Source: Candidatus Heimdallarchaeota archaeon
Lineage (GTDB): Archaea > Asgardarchaeota > Heimdallarchaeia > Hodarchaeales > Hodarchaeaceae
DNA: 64,000 nucleotides
Reading direction: 5' to 3'
Assembly (NCBI GenBank): GCA_011364965.1
Contig: RDOB01000003.1
Coordinates: forward strand, 432,939 to 496,938
The position numbers and the translations under genes are program-made. Shown piece after piece: positions 59,773-64,000 of the stretch. Within the stretch, counting starts at the first letter, position 1, and each line of letters starts with the position of its first letter. The notes under the pieces were generated by a model. It saw nothing but the letters and a program-made list of their open reading frames with translations. It was not told the origin of the DNA and made no database searches.

Positions 59773-60609
59773 TTGAATATTATGGATGAATTAGGAGAAT
59801 ATAAAATCCAGGATTTCCCGAGAAATCGGCTAAGCATAACTGATTATTTAGATGTAGCACAAAAACGACATATAATCACTGGTCTCCTAGAATTGGATAT
59901 AACAAAAGCACGTGAAAGACTAAAAACCTATAAGAATAAGACTGGAAATGCAATTTCATTTACAGGTTGGATTTGTTGGTGTATAGGCCAAGTTATAGAA
60001 AATAATAAAGAAATTCATGCCGCTAGAAAAGGAAGAAGTAAATTAGTATTTTTTGAAGACGTCGATATCACAATTCAAGTTGAAAGATCTGTGAAAGGAA
60101 AAAAAATTCCATTACCTTATGTCCTACGAAAGGTTAACCAGAAATCGGTTTTGGAAATAACAAAAGAAATCCGGACTGTACAAAAACAAACTTTTGACAA
60201 TCAAAATGTTCAGGTGCTAGGAAACCGAAGTAATCTTCGATATTTAGCTAGAATTGGAGTCTATTTGCCAAAATTTATACGCGCTCGCTTTTGGAAACGA
60301 GTCATCTGGAATCCATTTTCTTTGAAAAGGCTATCTGGCCTTGTATCGGTTACAGCTGTGGGAATGTTTGGAACTAATCTAGGATGGGCAATTCCGCTTA
60401 GTGGTTTTCCTATATCAATAGCCATTGGAGGAATAGGAAAGAAACCTGGGGTCGTGAATGATACAATCCAAATCAGAGAATATTTGGCTGTAACTTTACA
60501 ATTTGATCATGATATCATTGATGGAGCACCTGCGACAAGATTTGGTGCTGCTTTGATTGAATATCTTGAATCAGCAAGGGGTTTGGAAAACATCTTAATC
60601 GACGGATAA
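59773..60609 (+). CDS. Stand-alone 2-oxoacid dehydrogenase E2-like acyltransferase catalytic domain
   Basis: ELDITKA, ISFTG, VTAVGMF, GGIGKKP and FDHDIIDGAPA motifs. No lipoyl domain. Confidence 0.85.
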   Translation: MNIMDELGEYKIQDFPRNRLSITDYLDVAQKRHIITGLLELDITKARERLKTYKNKTGNAISFTGWICWCIGQVIENNKEIHAARKGRSKLVFFEDVDITIQVERSVKGKKIPLPYVLRKVNQKSVLEITKEIRTVQKQTFDNQNVQVLGNRSNLRYLARIGVYLPKFIRARFWKRVIWNPFSLKRLSGLVSVTAVGMFGTNLGWAIPLSGFPISIAIGGIGKKPGVVNDTIQIREYLAVTLQFDHDIIDGAPATRFGAALIEYLESARGLENILIDG

Positions 60610-60804
60610 TTACTAATGGTCTAGAGAATAATAATGATCTTAAGAGAAAGATCTTTTCGATGATCTCTTGAAAAATTGCTATAATAATCCTGAAGGTTTC
60701 CTAAAGGAATTTTGAAAAAATTCCTGCAATTCCCCCTACCACAATCATAGATATTAAAAGAACCAATAAAATCTTTTGATCAAAGCGTTAATCAGGGGAT
60801 TTTT

Positions 60805-61638
60805 TTGGTAAAAACTAAAAAAACAACTAATCTAACGATTTATGATATTGGTGGTAAATTAGGAAGTACAGGAGGACATTTCGGAGGCATTGCAGCAACA
60901 GAACTCATGATATCTAAGCTGGGTATTTCAAGCTCTAATGCTGTAAAAATTTTAGAAATTGGATGTGGCACAGGGGGAACATCTTGCCTTATTGCTGAAC
61001 AATATGGAGGAGAGGTTACTGGAATCGATATATCAGAGGATATGATTGAAGGAGCTAGAAAACGCGCCGTTAAAAAAGGATTGAAAAACGTTACATTCAA
61101 AGTAGCGAATGCTCACAAGCTTCCATTTGAGAATGAATCCTTTGACATCGTTATTGCAGAATCAGCTACCGCTCTTATCCCAGATCCGTCAAAAGCACTA
61201 TCTGAATATTATCGAGTAACAAAACCCAATGGTCAAGTAGGAAATATTGACCTATTTATTATTCCTGGAGCGCCTGAAAAAGTATTTGAATTAATAAATG
61301 AGGTTATTATAGGGGCAGTAGGTAGAGCGATCAAGATACCAACAGCTGATCAATACTACAAATTGTTTGAAGAAGCAGGCTATACCAATCTCTCAATCGA
61401 GAAAAATCAGGAATCAGTTCTTGAATATACATCTTTTAAATATATGAAGAAAGAATATGGTATCCTTGGCCTAACGAAAATCACCCTGAAAATGTGTTAT
61501 TATATGATATTTAATGGTGCTTTTCGAAGATTACTATTTAAGATCAGAAAATTTCAAAGGGTTGTTTTTGAAAAAGATGAAAACGGTAAGTGTCGTTATG
61601 TAGGCTATATAGTTTTGGTTGGTCAGAAACCAGGGTAA
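60805..61638 (+). CDS. Class I SAM-dependent methyltransferase
   Basis: ILEIGCGTG, VTGIDIS, LPFENESFD and RVTKPNG motifs. Confidence 0.9.
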   Translation: MVKTKKTTNLTIYDIGGKLGSTGGHFGGIAATELMISKLGISSSNAVKILEIGCGTGGTSCLIAEQYGGEVTGIDISEDMIEGARKRAVKKGLKNVTFKVANAHKLPFENESFDIVIAESATALIPDPSKALSEYYRVTKPNGQVGNIDLFIIPGAPEKVFELINEVIIGAVGRAIKIPTADQYYKLFEEAGYTNLSIEKNQESVLEYTSFKYMKKEYGILGLTKITLKMCYYMIFNGAFRRLLFKIRKFQRVVFEKDENGKCRYVGYIVLVGQKPG

Positions 61639-61745
61639 GAACGGCAGGGAATCCATTAGGATATTCTAGATTTTTCAATAATTTCCGTAAGTTAGAAACA
61701 TAACTTATTATTCCAATTCAACCTTCAATGCAACTTTGAAATATT

Positions 61746-62795
61746 TTAAGAAGAATCTTGAATTGAGAATTCACAATAATTTTTTAAAACAAAGGCGGCC
61801 CTGAAGGTCAACCATTTTGAGGGAGTGTTTTTCTTTTCTATTTCTACTAACATTGGATTCCTATGCGCGGATTGATTTATCCAAAATCCAAGGGGATCCA
61901 TGGAATTAATTATGTGCTCAACTGCTTCTTTGAATTCCTTATGATAAGGGATTTTGCCTTTCGCTAGCCAATATAGGGTTTCTAGAGCATCAGAAGTATA
62001 TGATTGAGGAAATCCAAATTTCATCCAACTCTTTTTTAATTCACTTTTTTCTAATTTCTCAGGTTGGGACAAAAATCGTGCTCTAATTTTCCGTATTTCC
62101 TTAGCAGTTTTTCCTTTAATCATATTATGGTAATCTTTAGACCCCAAAGGTACATATCTAAAAATCTTGTTTTCTATCATTCTTTCAACAATAATCTCTA
62201 CGGCCTTTTCAACTTCTGAAGATCTGTTATGATTATCTAAGATTGAATATAAAGCTAAAACCTTTGTAAGAGCCATTTGGCAATCAGGTAACAGCGTATA
62301 TAATGGATCGGGAGAACAGAATGCACCATGGTCCTCTAGGATTTGATTAGTGAGAAAATCAATTCCTTTCTGGGTATTTTCATTATTAATCTCAAAATGA
62401 TTAAGCGCTCGAATTAGATTTGCTGTCAAACACATTAAAAGGAAGTTGGAACCAATTTTGTGAGTGAATCCTCCTTCAGGTAATTGATAGGAAAGGATTT
62501 TTAGACATGCTTTTTGGATTAATTCCTCTGGATTCGCATTTAATTCGCATAAGAAGATTAATTGCCAATAATCGCCAGTATATTTCTTATAAGGGTTTTT
62601 AGAGCTACTCCAAGCTCCATTAGGTTTTATTAAAGAAATTAATTTCTCAATTGGCGGATACTGATTTACTTCCTTAATCTCAAGCACTGTAAGAGGTTCA
62701 TTTTTTATGAATTTTTTTGTCATATTCCTCACAGGGGGATTATTGGCTTCTAATAACCAATTAAGAGTTTTAGCTGGCAACTGAAAGAATCTCAC
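61746..62795 (-). CDS. Prenyltransferase/terpene-cyclase-like alpha-alpha barrel hypothetical protein
   Basis: WLLE..NPP, PNGAW, QLPEGGF, FGFP..Y.SD.LE and PSKWLT QW-like repeats. Confidence 0.65.
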   Translation of the reverse strand: MRFFQLPAKTLNWLLEANNPPVRNMTKKFIKNEPLTVLEIKEVNQYPPIEKLISLIKPNGAWSSSKNPYKKYTGDYWQLIFLCELNANPEELIQKACLKILSYQLPEGGFTHKIGSNFLLMCLTANLIRALNHFEINNENTQKGIDFLTNQILEDHGAFCSPDPLYTLLPDCQMALTKVLALYSILDNHNRSSEVEKAVEIIVERMIENKIFRYVPLGSKDYHNMIKGKTAKEIRKIRARFLSQPEKLEKSELKKSWMKFGFPQSYTSDALETLYWLAKGKIPYHKEFKEAVEHIINSMDPLGFWINQSAHRNPMLVEIEKKNTPSKWLTFRAAFVLKNYCEFSIQDSS

Positions 62796-62859
62796 TTGAT
62801 TACCTCAATTTTTAACTGGTTTTGTGAAATAAAATCAATAAGAGTCGTTCCTCAATAAT

Positions 62860-63350
62860 TTAACATATAGAATAGATGAGCTGATTTATAGCCTTTATGA
62901 AATAGCCATTCCCCTGATTATCCATTAAAAATGCTACAACATCCATAGTGACTCCAACATCCCATTGGGGATCAGCACGTGCTATTCTAGCTAAATAATT
63001 ACCATCAACAAATACTTCCTGATCAGTGAAATTAGTTTCCCAAATTTCAGCTCCATTGATGACAAAATCTATATTTGATTCTAAATCTGAAAGAAATGGA
63101 TTCTGATCAGTGAAACGAACTTCAATCCGAGTAAAAGACCAGAACTTCTTGCTGGATCAAGCATAAAATCACGCTAAAGATAGGTTTCTAGCGTGAATGT
63201 TCTGTTCTTGTATCCCAGTTCGACTGGTGCACTTAATAATGTTGCTTTATCAAGAGTTGAAAGCTGAGGAATTTCAAGAAAGGGAAGAAAAATAGATTCA
63301 AGTCCCATGCTAATGAAAAAAACGACGAATAAAGAAGTCTTGGATATCAT
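62860..63350 (-). pseudogene. Disrupted secreted-protein gene (internal TAG and a frameshift)
   Basis: Reads ...TFTLETYL*RDFMLDP (TAG at 63174-63176). A shifted frame then continues TRIEVRFTD...VINGAEIWETNF...IARADPQWDVGVTMDVV...NQLIYSIC* (stop 62860-62862). Confidence 0.65.
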
Positions 63351-63841
63351 AATGATATTCAAGTGGAAAATGGAGTAATATTTGGTATACGGGAGGTTCA
63401 AACGGAACTAAGTTGTTTAATTCTACAAATCCAATAACACCTATATTGATGAATCATTACATGGAAACAGATGCTTCTTATATTACTAATTTGGCAATAT
63501 TAGACGAATTCTTATACGCATCAGATTTTTATTTGGGATTTAGAATATTTAAAATCTCAGATTTGAATATTCTCTCAGAAATTGGCCGTGATGAAGCAGG
63601 AGGATCCCCCTTGGGATTTCAAGTGGTGGATGAATTTGCATTTGTCGCTAGCCAGATTAGGGGTATACAAATAATAGAAGTTCAATTTGAAGGTAGTCAA
63701 ATTCAAGACACAAAGACAACGAACCAAATTGAAGGTACTAAACCAAGTGACAACAGAACACAGATTGAAGCAGAAATCGCACTTTTGAGCGTTTTAGTTC
63801 TAAGTTTATATACAAGAGGAAGAGAGAAGAAGAGATTATAA
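63342..63841 (+). pseudogene. C-terminal remnant of an LVIVD-repeat surface protein
   Basis: LVIVD-like units (FLYASDFYLGFRIFKISD, FAFVASQIRGIQIIEV) plus a TM + basic tail. An upstream unit (GYHNDIQVENG) lies in another frame. No signal peptide. Confidence 0.6.
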
Positions 63842-63870
63842 GAAATAACTTTCAGGGGAACTGTAAAGTT

Positions 63871-64000
63871 CTACCTGTGAATCTTGAACCTATTTCTGTC
63901 TTCAGGATTGATCCCAACTTGCATAGAATTCGATTCGACTTGAAAAGCAAAGGCCATTCGAGGAGTATTGAAATCGATACCAAATTCCTGTTCATTTAAC
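63871..64000 (-). CDS. 3' end of a gene entering from beyond the window
   Basis: Open frame LNEQEFGIDFNTPRMAF...RFKIHR* from the window edge. Confidence 0.35.
   Translation of the reverse strand, partial: LNEQEFGIDFNTPRMAFAFQVESNSMQVGINPEDRNRFKIHR

Noticed and set aside
59773-60609. Part of a pyruvate/2-oxoacid dehydrogenase complex operon
   Set aside because: There is no lipoyl domain and no adjacent E1 or E3 genes.
63174-63176. In-frame TAG as pyrrolysine or readthrough
   Set aside because: The same gene also needs a frameshift, and TAG is a normal stop in other genes here. Decay is simpler.

Overview
This is an AT-rich (roughly one-third GC by eye) chromosomal window of about 55 genes. 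Its features point to an archaeon, most plausibly an Asgard/Heimdallarchaeia-like lineage: BRE-TATA promoters, a single-OB SSB, Gly-Phe/TM/basic C-terminal anchors, a TPR protein and a giant PAS kinase. That assignment is inference and has not been tested. I saw no rRNA, tRNA, CRISPR array or intact transposase. Ordinary content includes sugar catabolism (FGGY kinase, GH4, HAD, GH31), metal homeostasis (P1B ATPase, FTR1, NIF3, VIT1, P2-type ATPase), GNATs, an SDR, an MFS, a nitroreductase, acyl- and methyltransferases and two or three decayed genes. The most interesting signals are: (1) an NAD-kinase-fold protein lacking the GGDG catalytic motif and fused to a winged HTH, directly upstream of an SPFH + atypical NAD-kinase pair with a candidate operator; (2) three stand-alone ~80-aa winged-HTH paralogues sharing that HTH's [ST]DMR wing motif; (3) a P2A-like ATPase with His/Cys-substituted ion-binding sites and two CDF-type C-terminal domains, divergent from a VIT1 transporter across an 8-4-8 palindrome; (4) a PI3K/PI4K/HipA-fold kinase downstream of a 14-PAS histidine kinase; (5) a cas-less CARF-wHTH regulator; (6) a SplB-like radical SAM enzyme fused to a PolX-like 8-kDa domain; (7) a protein built from an unfamiliar 4x~38-aa helical repeat.
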